Below the pieces are notes generated by a model. The model ran no database searches and was not told where the DNA came from. It worked only from the letters and a program-made list of their open reading frames with translations. Below, piece by piece: positions 26,946 through 39,664 of a stretch of 64,000 nt of DNA (position 1 is its first letter; each line of letters opens with the position of its first letter). A program made the position numbers and the translations under genes. The stretch spans positions 37,138,001 to 37,202,000 of the forward strand of contig OX597835.1 of the NCBI GenBank assembly GCA_951406725.2, in the 5' to 3' direction. Origin of the DNA: Octopus vulgaris (taxonomy: Eukaryota).

Positions 26946-27187
26946 TACCTTCTCGAGTCATGCCAGCTCATAAGGGCCAGTTTCCCAATTTCCATGATAT
27001 AAATTCCCCACCCAGATGGAATACTGGTCTATCACTGGATTACTCATTTTTGCCAGCTGAGTGGAGTGGAGTAATGTGTAGTGAAGTGTTTTGCTCAAGA
27101 ACACAATGTGTTGCCTAGTCCAGGAATCAAAGCCACAATCTTACAACCATGATTCTAATACCCTAACCACAAAACCACATGCCTCCA
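26946..27187 (-). mobile_element. SINE family B
   Basis: Homologous to 8706-8955. Confidence 0.8.
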
Positions 27188-27229
27188 TCTCAGTAACATA
27201 GTCCCAATGATCTTCAATGACAATAACAA

Positions 27230-27655
27230 CATTCCACGTAGATCTTGTAATTGTATATTCTCCAATAACTGCCCTCTGAACAATATGTGTCTAGAAAAAG
27301 AAATGATTTACATGACCAATATCACTGACATAGATGAGGCCACAAGAGGTTATATTGGAATGACTGGAAATATCTTAAAAAAAAATACACACAGAACTTG
27401 GCTTAATTTCGGGATGAAAATAAAAGACATGCAACATCTTTGACTAATATAGTCTTGAGCCTTAAAGATTGGAGTGTATCAACCCAAAAAAAAACTGGGG
27501 CATTGTAGCTAAGGCCAGAAAATATAAGGGATAAGACAGGAGATGCAATCCCTATGTTACAGTGAAATAAACATTATTTCAACAGTCAACATTTTGAATA
27601 TTAAGGAAGAAACTTTCCCTCCATTACTTATACAAACAACAATTTAAATTGTGAA
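27230..27655 (+). mobile_element. Penelope-like GIY-YIG endonuclease fragment (Hydra-type), frameshifted
   Basis: SCNC....CPLNNMCLEKEMIY...GYIGMTG; then RHATSLTNIV.SLKD..WGIVAKARKY..RRC. Confidence 0.75.
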
Positions 27656-27859
27656 ATTTCATGTGTAATCTCTCGAGGAACTTACACCTATATAAACAGG
27701 ATAAATCAAAGATACAATGCTAATATAGATAATTGCAAAATATACACTTTATTTGATCTCAGGAACTTATGCTTGAATTCTAAGCTGTATATACACATAC
27801 ATGGATAGGTAAACTATTAATGTTAAAATTGGCAAGAAATATAGAAACAAAACCACATC

Positions 27860-27901
<42 letters not shown>

Positions 27902-28011
27902 ACACTGCCAGATCAGACTGGGCCTGATGCAGCCTTCTGGTTTCACAGACCTCAGTTGAACCGTCCAACCCATGCCAGCATGGAAAGCGAATGATGATGA
28001 TGATGATGATG

Positions 28012-28074
<63 letters not shown>

Positions 28075-28358
28075 TGTGTGTCTGTGATTGTCCCTTCCAC
28101 AATTGCTTGACAAATAATCTTGGTGTATTTATGTCCCCAAAACTCGGTGGTTTGGCAAAAGAGACTGATAGAATAAGTAGCAGGCTTAAAGAGAAGATAA
28201 GTCCTGGGTCGATTCCTTTGACTAAAGGTGGTGTTCCTGCATGGCTACAGACAAATGACTGAACAAGTAAAAGATCAAAAGAATAAAGGAATATATATAT
28301 ACACACACACACACATACATACATATATACATACATATATAGACACACACATACATGC

Positions 28359-28444
<86 letters not shown>

Positions 28445-28715
28445 ATAGGGAGTGTTTACAAAAAAGACAAAGACAGGTGGTGTACAAAACAAACAGATGT
28501 ATTAGTGTAAAGCTCAGGAATAGAAAAAGTCTTTTATGTTTTGAGCCTACGCTCTTCTACAGAAAGGAACACAGAAAAAAACAAGGAGAGAAACAAGGAG
28601 AGAAAAAAAATGTGTAGTGGCTAACGATCACTTCCCGAGCGTTAAACTAAAATACATCTGTTTGTTGTTTACACACTTGTCTTTGACTTTTGTTTTTTTG
28701 TAAATTCTCACTACA
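28445..28715 (-). mobile_element. PLE-like pLTR with inverted tail and A6U hammerhead motif
   Basis: 28445-28520 is inverted at 28632-28715; HHR-like motif at 28531-28566. Confidence 0.65.
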
Positions 28716-28741
28716 TGTATATACACATACATACATATATA

Positions 28742-29600
28742 CTTTTTATCTTTTATCTTTTATCTTTCACTTGTTTCAGTTGTTAGACTGTGGGCATGCT
28801 GGAGCACCTCCTCAAAGAAGTTTTAGTTGAATGAATCAACTCCAGTACTTATTCTTTTAAGTCTGGTACTTATCCTGGTGGTCTCTTTTGCTGAACCACT
28901 AATGTTACAGGGACATAAATGTACCAACAATGGTTGTCAAGTAGTGGTGGGGGACAAACACAGACACAAGGACACACACATACATACATATATATAGAGA
29001 GATGTCTTTCAGTTTCTGTCTACTAAATCCACTCACAAGGTTTTGATCAGCCTGCAGCTATAGTAGAAGAGACTTAGCCAAGGTGCCACAAAGTGGGACC
29101 GAACCCAGAAGTATATCGTTGGGAAACAAGCTTCTTACTACACAGCCATGCCTGTGCCTATGTGTGTGTGTGTGTATGTATATATATATATATATATATA
29201 TATAGGTGCAGGAGTGGCTGTGTGGTAAGTAGTTTGCTTACCAACCACATGGTCCTGGGTTCAGTCCCAATGCGTGGCACCTTGGGCAAGTGTCTTCTAC
29301 TATAGCCTCGGGCTGACCAAAGCCTTGTGAGTGGATTTGGTAGATGGAAACGGGAAGAAGCCCCTCGTATATGTATATATGTGCGTGTGTGTGTTTGTGT
29401 TTGTCCCCCCAACATCGCTTGATAACCGATGCTGGTGTGTTTACGTTCCTGTACCTTAGCGGTTCTCCAAAAGAGACCGATAGAATAAGTACTTATTCTT
29501 ACAAAGAATAAGCTCTGGGGTCGATTTGCTCGACTATAAAGGTGGTGCTCCAGCATGGCCGCAGTCAAATGACTGAAACAAGTAAAAGAGAGTAAAAGAG
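28742..29600. mobile_element. Head-to-head pair of SINE A copies (28742-29160 minus; 29203-29600 plus)
   Basis: Both copies carry the A/B-box head and the family tail. Confidence 0.85.
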
Positions 29601-29659
29601 AGATATAAATATATATACATACATATGGCACCCATGCATGTGGCCATATATATTTCTAT

Positions 29660-30001
29660 ATTTCTATATTTCTATGTGGCTCCCATGCCAGTGACACATA
29701 AAAAGCACCATTCAACGGTGGTCTCTGCCAGTGCCGCCTGATTGGCTCCCATGCTAGTGCCATGTAAAAAGCACCATTTGAGCGTGGTTGATACCAGCAC
29801 CACCTGACTGACCCCCACACCAATGGCACATAAAAACCACCCACTACACTCACGGAGTGGTTGGTGTTAGGAAGGGCATCCAGCTGTAGAAACATTGCCA
29901 GATCAGATTGGAGCCTGGTGCAGCCTCCTGGCTTGCCATTCCTCAGTCAAACCATCCAACCCATGCCAGCATGGAAAGTGGACTTTAAATGATGATGATG
30001 A
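29660..30001 (+). mobile_element. Family D copy
   Basis: Body and (GAT)n tail. Confidence 0.8.
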
Positions 30002-30011
30002 TATATATATA

Positions 30012-30330
30012 TAGGGAGAATTTACAAAAAAACAAAAGGCGAAGACATGTGGTGTAGACAACAAACAGATGTATTAGTATAACGCACGGGAATTGAAAAA
30101 GTCTTTAACGTTTCGAGCCTACGCTCTTCCACAGAAAGGAACACAGAAAGAAACAAGGAGAGAAAATAAAGAATGTGTAGTGGCTAGCGATCTATCATGG
30201 CGAATGCCGGACAGAAGGATCACACAGGAGTGGTAAGAAGTAGGGGAGATAACAAAGTAGTAGTGATCCCAAAACGAAGGTGCACATGTGTGTAAGAGAG
30301 CACATATATGCGTGTGAAAGAGGGCTGGTG
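30012..30330 (-). mobile_element. PLE-like pLTR with minimal hammerhead (30103-30138, core CTGTGGA)
   Basis: CTTT-CTGTGGA-A-GAGC-GTAG-GCTC-GAAAC-GTT-AAAG; T-rich tail runs into (TA)n. Confidence 0.65.
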
Positions 30331-30395
30331 ATCTTGAATAAGTTTGAAAATGGAGAGATTTAATAGATATAAATTAATTTATTAATTAATCAAAT

Positions 30396-30498
30396 TTGCC
30401 TACAATTGTTTCATTTCACACCCAATTTAAATTACAAAACATATATAAGAATCTAAGTTTGCATTTTGAGTACCCTGGGTGGAAGATCTTCAGGACAA
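30396..30498 (-). ncRNA. Type I hammerhead, canonical core, long stem II insert
   Basis: TTGTC-CTGAAGA...CACCCA/TGGGTG...GAAAC-AATT-GTA-GGCAA. Confidence 0.65.
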
Positions 30499-30799
30499 GA
30501 TAGACATTGCAGAGTTTTTTTGATCAGCTAAAATATACTAACAAATTTGATCTTGAAAATAAATTTGAATCTTTGTTCTGTGTACAACCTGCAAATGTTG
30601 TTAATCTTTAAAGTGGTTAATCATAGAATAATTTTGAAATCTAAATATTTCATTTTAACGTTTACCAGTGTGGGAGCACGTGTGCCCATGTGTTTGTATA
30701 TGTATGCGCATGTATGTATTTGTACATATCTCTTTCTCCTGCTCTCTCTCTCTCCCTCTCTCTCTCTATATATATATACACACACACACACACACAATG

Positions 30800-30831
<32 letters not shown>

Positions 30832-30921
30832 TATATATATGTAATATATAGGAAAATATTTATATATGTGTGAGTATAGTCATATATGTATATACATATC
30901 GTGATGATGATGTTAATATAT

Positions 30922-30980
<59 letters not shown>

Positions 30981-31140
30981 CACACATAGATGCAAATGTG
31001 TATGTATACATACATATGTATGAATGTATGTACATTTATATATATATATATATATACAGACATATATATATATATGTTAAATATATAGGAAAATATTTAT
31101 ATATGTGTGTACAAGTGTTTTTATATATGTGTGAGTATAG

Positions 31141-31186
<46 letters not shown>

Positions 31187-31649
31187 CGTGATGATGATAA
31201 TGATGTTTATATACGTATATATACATATATATATACAAATACACACATTCACACACACAGCTGCAAATGTGTATGTGTGTATGTACATTTATATATATAT
31301 ACATACACACATGCATGCATATCTTATCAAATCTGTTGAGAAAATACAGATTGTAATGATTGATATTCTATATTGCACTTCAATCAATAAAATATTTCCT
31401 ATAAATATACAACTACTGCGTGTGTAGGTGTGTGCAATACATCATACATGTGTATAGTATACTCTCACTCATACACATGCACACCCTTATGTGTGTGTGT
31501 GTGTGCATAGATATACTATATATAGATACACACACACACACACAAACATTCATGCAAACACACACACGTATATTTTATTGTGTCTAGGGAAAGTCATTCT
31601 ATTTTAATGCCTTATTAATTAACACACTCACTGGTTCGATTTCCACTCT

Positions 31650-32036
31650 TTTCTTTTTTTACTCTTTTACTTGTTTCAGTCATTTGACTGTGGCCATGCT
31701 GGAGCACCGCCTTTAGGTGAGAAAATCGACACCCGGCTCTTATTCTTTGGAAGCCTAGTACTTATTCTATCAGTGTCTTTTGCCGAATTGCTAACACACC
31801 AGCATCGATTGTCAAGCGATGTTGGGGGGACAAACACAGACACGCAAACATATACACACATACATATATACGATGGGCTTCTTTCAGTTTCCATCTACCA
31901 AATCTACTCACAAAGCTTTGGTTGGCTAGATGCTATAGTAGAAGACACTTGCCCAAGGTGCCACACAGTGAGACTGAACCCGGAACCATGTGGATGGTAA
32001 GCAAGCTACTTACCACACAGCCACTTCTACACCTAT
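31650..32036 (-). mobile_element. SINE family A inserted into a fold-back element relative
   Basis: Flanks 31570-31650 and 32045-32165 resemble the 17619 arm. Confidence 0.8.
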
Positions 32037-32249
32037 ACACACTCATATACTTATTCATTCTTTCTAAAATTTTCATTGCTTCTTGCAACCTCTTCAATGG
32101 TCATTGAACATATGAGTTGCATGAGAGAAGTTGCGCCACAAGAATATGAAAGAGTGGAAAAATTTCTCAATGCACACATAGGAATATAGATGTATGCCTT
32201 AGATATATGCTTGAAAATAGTACATATGTGTAATAAATATAACAGGTGA

Positions 32250-32745
32250 GTAAAGGGTAAAGACCCCTTTCAGTCATGAATGATCATGGGACTGCATCTA
32301 GAAAGTTCCTCTCTGAGGCACAAGTCTGGGCAAAGTTGTTTATGGAAGACCAGCAGTCTCCCATGCATACCAGCTTCCCCTCTCCACACCATTATATGTA
32401 CTTAGGGTAAAGGGTAAAGACCCCCTTCGGTCATAAAGGACCATGGGATTGCACCTAAAATGTTCCTCTCCGAGGCACAAGTCTGGGTAAGGTTGTTTGT
32501 GAAAGCCCAGCAGTTGCCCACACATACCGGCATCTCCACACCACTGATGTTACCCAAGGGAAAGGCAAAGGGGCCGATACAGCTTGGCACCAGTGACATC
32601 ACAACTCATTTCTACAGCTGAGTGAACTGAAGCAGCGTGAAATAAAGTGTCTTGCTCAAGAACACAACACAGAACCCGGTCCAGGAATCGAACTCACAAC
32701 CTTATGATTGTGAGCCTCATGCTCTAATCACTGAGCCATGCACCT
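32250..32745 (-). mobile_element. SINE family B with tandemly duplicated tail
   Basis: AAAGGGTAAAGACCCC...GAGGCACAAGTCTGGG occurs twice; tRNA head near 32745. Confidence 0.75.
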
Positions 32746-33459
32746 TTCTATGTGTAGACAGCTCAATATTGATACAATAGCATGTGTAATGTTTTGCATA
32801 TTAGCATGTATGCGTAATTTTGTGTGGCATTGGAATACTAGCATGTATGTGTGAGTGAATGTGATAGCAACATAGTAATATGTATGCGTAAGCAAATGTG
32901 ATGTTGACACAATAAAAACTGTGCAGGGATTGATTCATGTGAGTAAGGATGTATGTTGTGAAAAAAAAACATGTTGGTGGTGGAGGGGGGGGGGCATAGT
33001 GTAAACAGGGCATCATACATGTGTGAAGTAAATGGATGGAAGAGGGGTTGGGGTGAATATGCATGTGTAGCTATTCATCACTGCGTATCAGAAAAGAGGG
33101 AGTAGGAAAAAGCTGAAGTTAATCAATGATTTGCACCTCAAGGGGTGGCTTTCCTCAAGCAAAAAAAAAATAAACGTTTGTTCGCTAAGGAGTCAGGTAA
33201 CAGGAGATCAATAACTTTGCGTTTCCCTTTAAAATGTAAACTTTGTACTGACATCGTTTTTTGCTTGTTTCTTCTAATATATTGCCCTCTGGCTTTCCAC
33301 ATTGACACAGAACGGAACCCCGGATAATGAATTTTTAATGTCAGTATTAGTGCTGCAGTGTCAAATGTATGATGCACTATAGTGTTGTAGAGTAGGATTG
33401 AGCATTGGAGCATTGTGTGGTACAATGTAATTGGCGCAGGTGTCGCTGGGTGGTAAGAA

Positions 33460-34070
33460 GGCAGGGAGCTGGCAGAACCGTTAGCACGCCAGGTGAAATG
33501 CTTAGCCGTATTTCGTCTGCCGTTACGTTCTGAGTTCAAATTCCACCAAACTTTTATCCTTTCGGGGTTGATAAGACAAGTACCAGTTGACTAGTGGGAT
33601 CAATACAATCGGGCTTTGTGCCATATGTTGAAACCGTTATTATTATTATTATTATGATTAAGGCAGAGACCAGGCAGAATCGTTTGCACAGAGCATGAAA
33701 CGAGGTATTTCTGAGTTCAAATTTCCCTGAGGTTGACTTCGGGGTCGATACCAGCTGAGTATTGGGGTCACTGTAATCCCCTAAAATTACTGGCGTTGTG
33801 CCTATAGTAGAAAGGATTATCATTATTGTCATTTAGGCGGTGAGCTGGCAGAAACGTTAGCACGCCGGGCGAAATGCGTAGCCGTATTTCGTCTGCCGCT
33901 ACGTTCTGAGTTCAAATTCCGCTGAGGTCGACTTTGCCTTTCATCCTTTCGGGGTCGATAAACTAAGTACCAGTTACGCACTGGGGTCGATATAATCAAC
34001 TTAATCCCTTTGTCTGTCCTTGTTTGTCCCCTCTATGTTTAGCCCCTTGTGGGCAATAAAGAAATAAGAA
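33460..34070 (+). mobile_element. Cluster of three SINE family C copies (best copy 33834-34070)
   Basis: GGCGGTGAGCTGGCAGAAACGTTAGC head, GAGTTCAAATTC B box, CCTTTCATCCTTTCGGGGTCGATAA..GTACCAG conserved domain. Confidence 0.85.
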
Positions 34071-34359
34071 GCTTGCTTCCTAGCCACATGGTTTAGGGTT
34101 CAGTCCCACTGTATGGTACATTGGGTAGGTGTCTTCTACTGTTGCTTCAGGTTGACCAAAGCCTTTTGAGTGGATTTGGTCGACAGAAACTGAAAGCAGC
34201 CTGTTGTATATATACATATATATGTATATAATTAGGTGCAGGTGTGGCTGTGTGGTAAGAAGCTTGCTTTCCAACCTCGTGGTTCAGGGTTCAGTTCCAC
34301 TGTGTGGCACCTTGGGTAAGTATCTTCTATAATAGTCTTGGGCTGACCAATTCAAAAAT

Positions 34360-34870
34360 GAGATGGTGTTAGGGAGTTCTAGAGAGCTGCAGTTCAAGGG
34401 AAGAAGCTATCTATAGAATAAAAGGATTTGTGACTAACAGACACAGAGATATGACATAACTGAAAAGAGAAGTGGGTGACAAGTTTAAATGTCTTAACTG
34501 AAGATACTAAACCAGAAAGTTTATCAGTGCCATGATCATAGAAATACTTAGAGAAAAGACATAATGAAGATAGATTGCAATGATGATCCAAAAACCCCAA
34601 CCTTGTAGAAAGAAGAGAATCCACTATGTTGACAACTCACTTCTGAATTTGAAAACAAACTAATGGTAAGGAGTTCCAAAGGGCAGCAGCTCGAAGAGCA
34701 AAGCTATTAGAATAAAAAAAACTCATAACTAACAAGAAGCTCAAAAGAGAAATGATGTGTCTGGGAAGAGAAGCTGATATCACATTTAACGGGTATGAGA
34801 TCAGAAAGCTCATCAGAGCAATGACTATGGAAATATTTACAGAAAAGACACAATGAAGATACACTTCCAT
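34360..34870 (-). mobile_element. Two tandem CR1/Jockey-group LINE ORF2 C-terminal fragments
   Basis: HHCNLSSLCLFSKYFY..DKLSGLV..SFFP; SSLCLFCKYFHSHCSDELSDLIP; RAAALWNSLP. Confidence 0.75.
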
Positions 34871-34904
34871 GACAAGTAAAAGACATCAACTCAGTAGTAA
34901 TGAG

Positions 34905-35536
34905 AGCACCATTTTCACAACTTGGTTCAGAATTTGATTTGTGCAGGTGGCACGTAAAAAAAAACACCATTTGGGCGTGGCTGTTGCCGGTACTGCCTGA
35001 CTGGCTTTTGTGCCAGTGGCATGTAAAAGCACCCACTACACTCTCGGAGTGGTTGGTGTTAGGAAGGACATCCGGCTGTAGAAACTCTGCCAAATCAAGA
35101 TTGGAGACTGGTGCAGCCATCTGGTTCACCAGTCATCAGTCAAATCGTCCAACCCATGCTAGCATGGAAAGCGGACATTAAACGATGATGATGATGATGT
35201 ATGTATATATATATATATAGTGAGAATTTACAAAAAAAAAAACAGAAGATGAATACCAGTGTGTAAACAATAAACAGATGTATTAGTTTAACACTCGAGA
35301 AGTGAGAAAGTCTTTTATATATATATATGTATGTATGTATATATTCCTTTATTCGTTTGCTTATTCAGTGGTTGGCGTGGTTGGTGTTAGGAAGGGTATC
35401 CAGCTGTAGAAACTCTGCCAAATCAAGATTGGAGCCTGGTGCAGCCATCTGGTTCGCCAGTCATCAGTCAAATTGTCCAACCCATGCTAGCATGGAAAGC
35501 GGACGTTAAACGATGATGATGATGATGATGATGATG
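34905..35536 (+). mobile_element. Two family D copies (34905-35198, 35365-35536)
   Basis: Shared body and (GAT)n tails. Confidence 0.8.
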
Positions 35537-36972
35537 AAGTTGAAACACTCAGAGGAGGCACCAGTCCAAAGATGCCAGAAATATTCAATACAAGGTCAAA
35601 TGGTGGTCTTACAGAGATACATGATGCTCTTGGGTGTAAAAAATGTTGAATGTAGCATAGTTTTGAGTGTTGTACATTGTAGTGGTGTTCCATGATGTAT
35701 GTCATTCAATGCCAGGTCAGTTCTGATCAAGCAGACCTATAGTCAAAAGGCCTTCCATCTATGACCATCTCATCTTTTATTCAGACATATTGTCTGTAGG
35801 ACTCCATTAACTCCATTATTCAGTGCATATTGCTTTTATTGAAGACTTTTCTTTAGAGACTAATTTGAGGGTGATTTGGCTGTTATTTCTGGAAGATCAA
35901 GGAACCATAAAGAGGCTACCACATTGATTTTTACAGCACAATGGCCTGATGGTGCAATTTTTCAAGCACTGCACAAAAGCATAGGTGAGATGCAATAGAG
36001 AAACCTTGATTTAAATTGTTCCACAGAACAAGTTCTTTCTGTGATCTTCATGGCTAAGGTTGTGAGTTCAATCTCCACTAAAGGCAGTATTTCAAAAACA
36101 GCAGGACACCTTGGAGTCATGATCTATGTGGGCCCGAGTCCCTTAACCCTTTAGCATTCAGATTATTCAGTGAAATGTAATTCTTTTTTCTTCACATTGT
36201 TTTGAATTAACCATGTCTTATCTTGTAGCTTCAAGATTTCAAAAGTCATCACCATCCTCCTCCTCATCATCAGTTAACATCCATTGTCCATGCTGGCATG
36301 GGATGGACAGTTTGACCAGGGCTGGTGAGCTGAGGGGGCTGCACCAGACTCCAGTCTGATTTGGCATGGTTTGTACGACTGGATGCCCTTCCTCACACCA
36401 ATTTGTATATTTTTAGAATGACATTGCAGGGTAGGTGTGAGAGGTTGGATCTGGTCAATCTTAAAATAAAACAGGTAGAATATTTGGGCTGGATATGGCC
36501 GAAATATTTGCTTGATGGGAGTTCTTCTTCTGCAGATTTTTTCCTGCTGTCCACTTTGCGCCATTGTCTTTTTATGGCATTCACCCAGGAGGAGTTAAGC
36601 TGAATCTTGTTGAATCCACCACGTTGTGATCACTGGTACCACCTCCACCACCCTTCATTAAGCCTGATGGCCCAATACCCCCAAACCACTCGACCTCTCC
36701 TCCTCATTTAACAGTCACATTGCCACATTATAGTTACCATTTATCTATCATTTACTTGCTTTTGTCATTGCACTGCGGCCATACTGGGGCACCAAGTAGT
36801 TTTTATTTTTCAATCGAGCAAATCATCCCCAATACGTTTTTTTTTTCTTTTGAAAGCTGGTACTTATTCTGTCGGTCTCTTTTGCCTAACTGCTAGATTA
36901 AGGGGACATAAACAAACCATCACCTGTTGTCAAGAAGATGGAGACGAACACAAAAAGAAATACACACACACA

Positions 36973-37011
<39 letters not shown>

Positions 37012-37249
37012 ATTATTTGAGGGAATATTATTCCTAACTTACAGGGAAAAATTCAATTTAGAAATACTAAATCAAATTTCACAAAATATAATATATAAAT
37101 AAAAATTAGAAAAAAACACCTTTCATCAATTCAAAATGAACAATTAAATTACACCATCTAGAAAATTACATATAATAGAAATATTAAAAATAAAATAATA
37201 ATATACCTATGATTAAGTAAATTGCAAAATAATAATAAAAACGTATACA

Positions 37250-37520
37250 AGGACTCCCCTCTCGAAGGACCTGAGAGACCTGCATGGGTTGGATGCAGAT
37301 ATCTTTAAAATAAAGCTGGACCTCTTCCTGTCAGGTGTCCCAGATGAACCAACTTCACGGCAGGAAGTGCAGATGAAGGCAGCTGCATCAAACTCTCTCA
37401 TGCACCAAATGTCAATTGCTAAAAAGCATTCGTGAAGTAAAATCATGTAGCAACACCGAATGGTGGTGCCCCAGCATGGCCACAGCTCGTGAGCTGAAAC
37501 TAGATAAAATGAAAAAAAAA
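37250..37520 (+). mobile_element. CR1-group LINE 3' end
   Basis: KDLRDLHGLDADIFKIKLDLFLSGVPDEP..AAASNSLMHQ followed by a short 3' UTR. Confidence 0.75.
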
Positions 37521-37569
37521 ATGATATATATATATGTTTATATTTATAAATATATATTCTTTTATACTT

Positions 37570-38350
37570 AATTCTTTCACTTGTTTCAGTCATTTGACTG
37601 TGGCCATGCTGGAGCACCGCCTTGAAGTGCTTCAGGTTGAACAAATCGACCAAAGGACTTATAAGTTAGTACATATTTTGCTGAATCACTAAGTTAGAGG
37701 GATGTAAGCACAGCAGCACCGGCTGTCAAGTGGTGATGGGGTCACAAACAAAGACACAAAGACACACACACATATATATATATACATATATTCTTTTATT
37801 CATTCTTTTACTTGTTTCAGTCATTTGACTGTGGCCATGCTGAAGCACCGCCTTTAGTTGAACAAATCGACCCCAGGACTTATTTCTTGTAAGCCTGGTA
37901 CTTATTATATCAGTCTCTTTTGCTGAACCGCTAAGTTACAGGAATGTAAACACATTAACATTTGTTCTGAAGCAATGGTAGGGGGACAAACACACACACA
38001 CACGACGGGTTTCTTTCAGTTTCCATCTGCCAAATCCACTCACAAGGCTTTGGTTAGCCCAAGGCTATAGTAGAAGATGCTTGCCCAAGGTGCCATGCAG
38101 TTGGACTGAACTCGGAATCATGAGATTGGGAAGCATTACCACACAGTCATTCCTGTGCCTATATGTGTATATATACAGATGCAGGTGTGTGTATGTATAT
38201 ATATGTGTGTGTATACATATGTACATATATATATATATACACATGTATGTGCATATGTGTGTGTGTGCATATATATGTGTGTATGTATATATATATGTAT
38301 ATACACATATATATGTATGTGTGAGTGTATATATATGTATATACACATAC

Positions 38351-38381
<31 letters not shown>

Positions 38382-38397
38382 TACATATATATATGTC

Positions 38398-38461
<64 letters not shown>

Positions 38462-38884
38462 TGTGTGCATGTGTATATATATATATATATGTCTGTGTGC
38501 GCGTGTATATATATATGTGTGTATGTGTGTATATATATATATATACGTATATATCTATATTTACATACACACCTACACAAATATATATATATATATATAT
38601 ATACACACAAACACATCTATACATATATATACATACATACACATCTATACATATATATTCTTTTATTCTTTTACTTGTCTCAGTCATTTGACTGCGGCCA
38701 TGCTGGAACACTGCCTTTAGTCGAGCAAATCATCCCCAAGACTTACTGTTTGTAAGCTTAGTACTTATTCTATTGTTCCCTTTCACTGGGCCGCTAAGTT
38801 ACAGGGACATAAACACACCAACATCGGCTGTCAAGTGATGATGGGGGTACAAACACAGACACACAAACATATACACACGCATAC

Positions 38885-38949
<65 letters not shown>

Positions 38950-39100
38950 CAGGCTTGTTTCAGTTTCCGTCTACCAAATCCACTCACAAGGCTTTGGTCA
39001 GCCATAACCATAGTTGAAGACACTTGCTCAAGGTACCACACACTAGGACTGAACCTGTTATTATGTGGGTGGTAAGCAAGCTACTTACCACACACCCACT

Positions 39101-39175
<75 letters not shown>

Positions 39176-39397
39176 TTATATATTATACACACACACGCAT
39201 ATATATATATACATATATACACACACACATATATGATGGGTTTCCACACAGTTTCCATCACCCAACTTCACACACAAGGCACTGATTGGCCCAACGCAAT
39301 AGTAGATGTTTTCCCAAGGTGTTGCACGGTGGGACTGAACCTGAAAACGTGTGGTTTGCCAAACAAGCTCCTTAACCAGATGGCTATGCCTGTGCCT
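37570..39397 (-). mobile_element. Run of four SINE A copies separated by compound TA/TG microsatellite
   Basis: Copies at about 37570-37770, 37800-38162, 38660-39095 and 39235-39397. Confidence 0.8.
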
Positions 39398-39664
39398 GAA
39401 TGAATCTTCTATGTGGTCATTCACCCTACTAGAAATAACAGCTAAATTTCCCTTATGTTACACCTCATTGTCTTGAGAACAACAAGGACATATTATATAA
39501 TAGATAACAATGCATGTGGGCTGAGAAACACTTCTTAAACAAAAAAGAAAAAATAGGCAGGATGGTCATTGATGGAATACTTCTTATGATATTTCTACTA
39601 AATCAGGATTGACCCGGGGCTAAAATACAAAGCAATCGTTTACAATGCATTTAGAAGGGTAATA

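Noticed and set aside
36393-36620. Minus-strand frame ..QLNSSWVNAIKRQWRKVDSRKKSAEEELPSSK as a host exon
   Set aside because: Bounded by a stop and by MITE sequence, with no splice sites; possibly a TE remnant.
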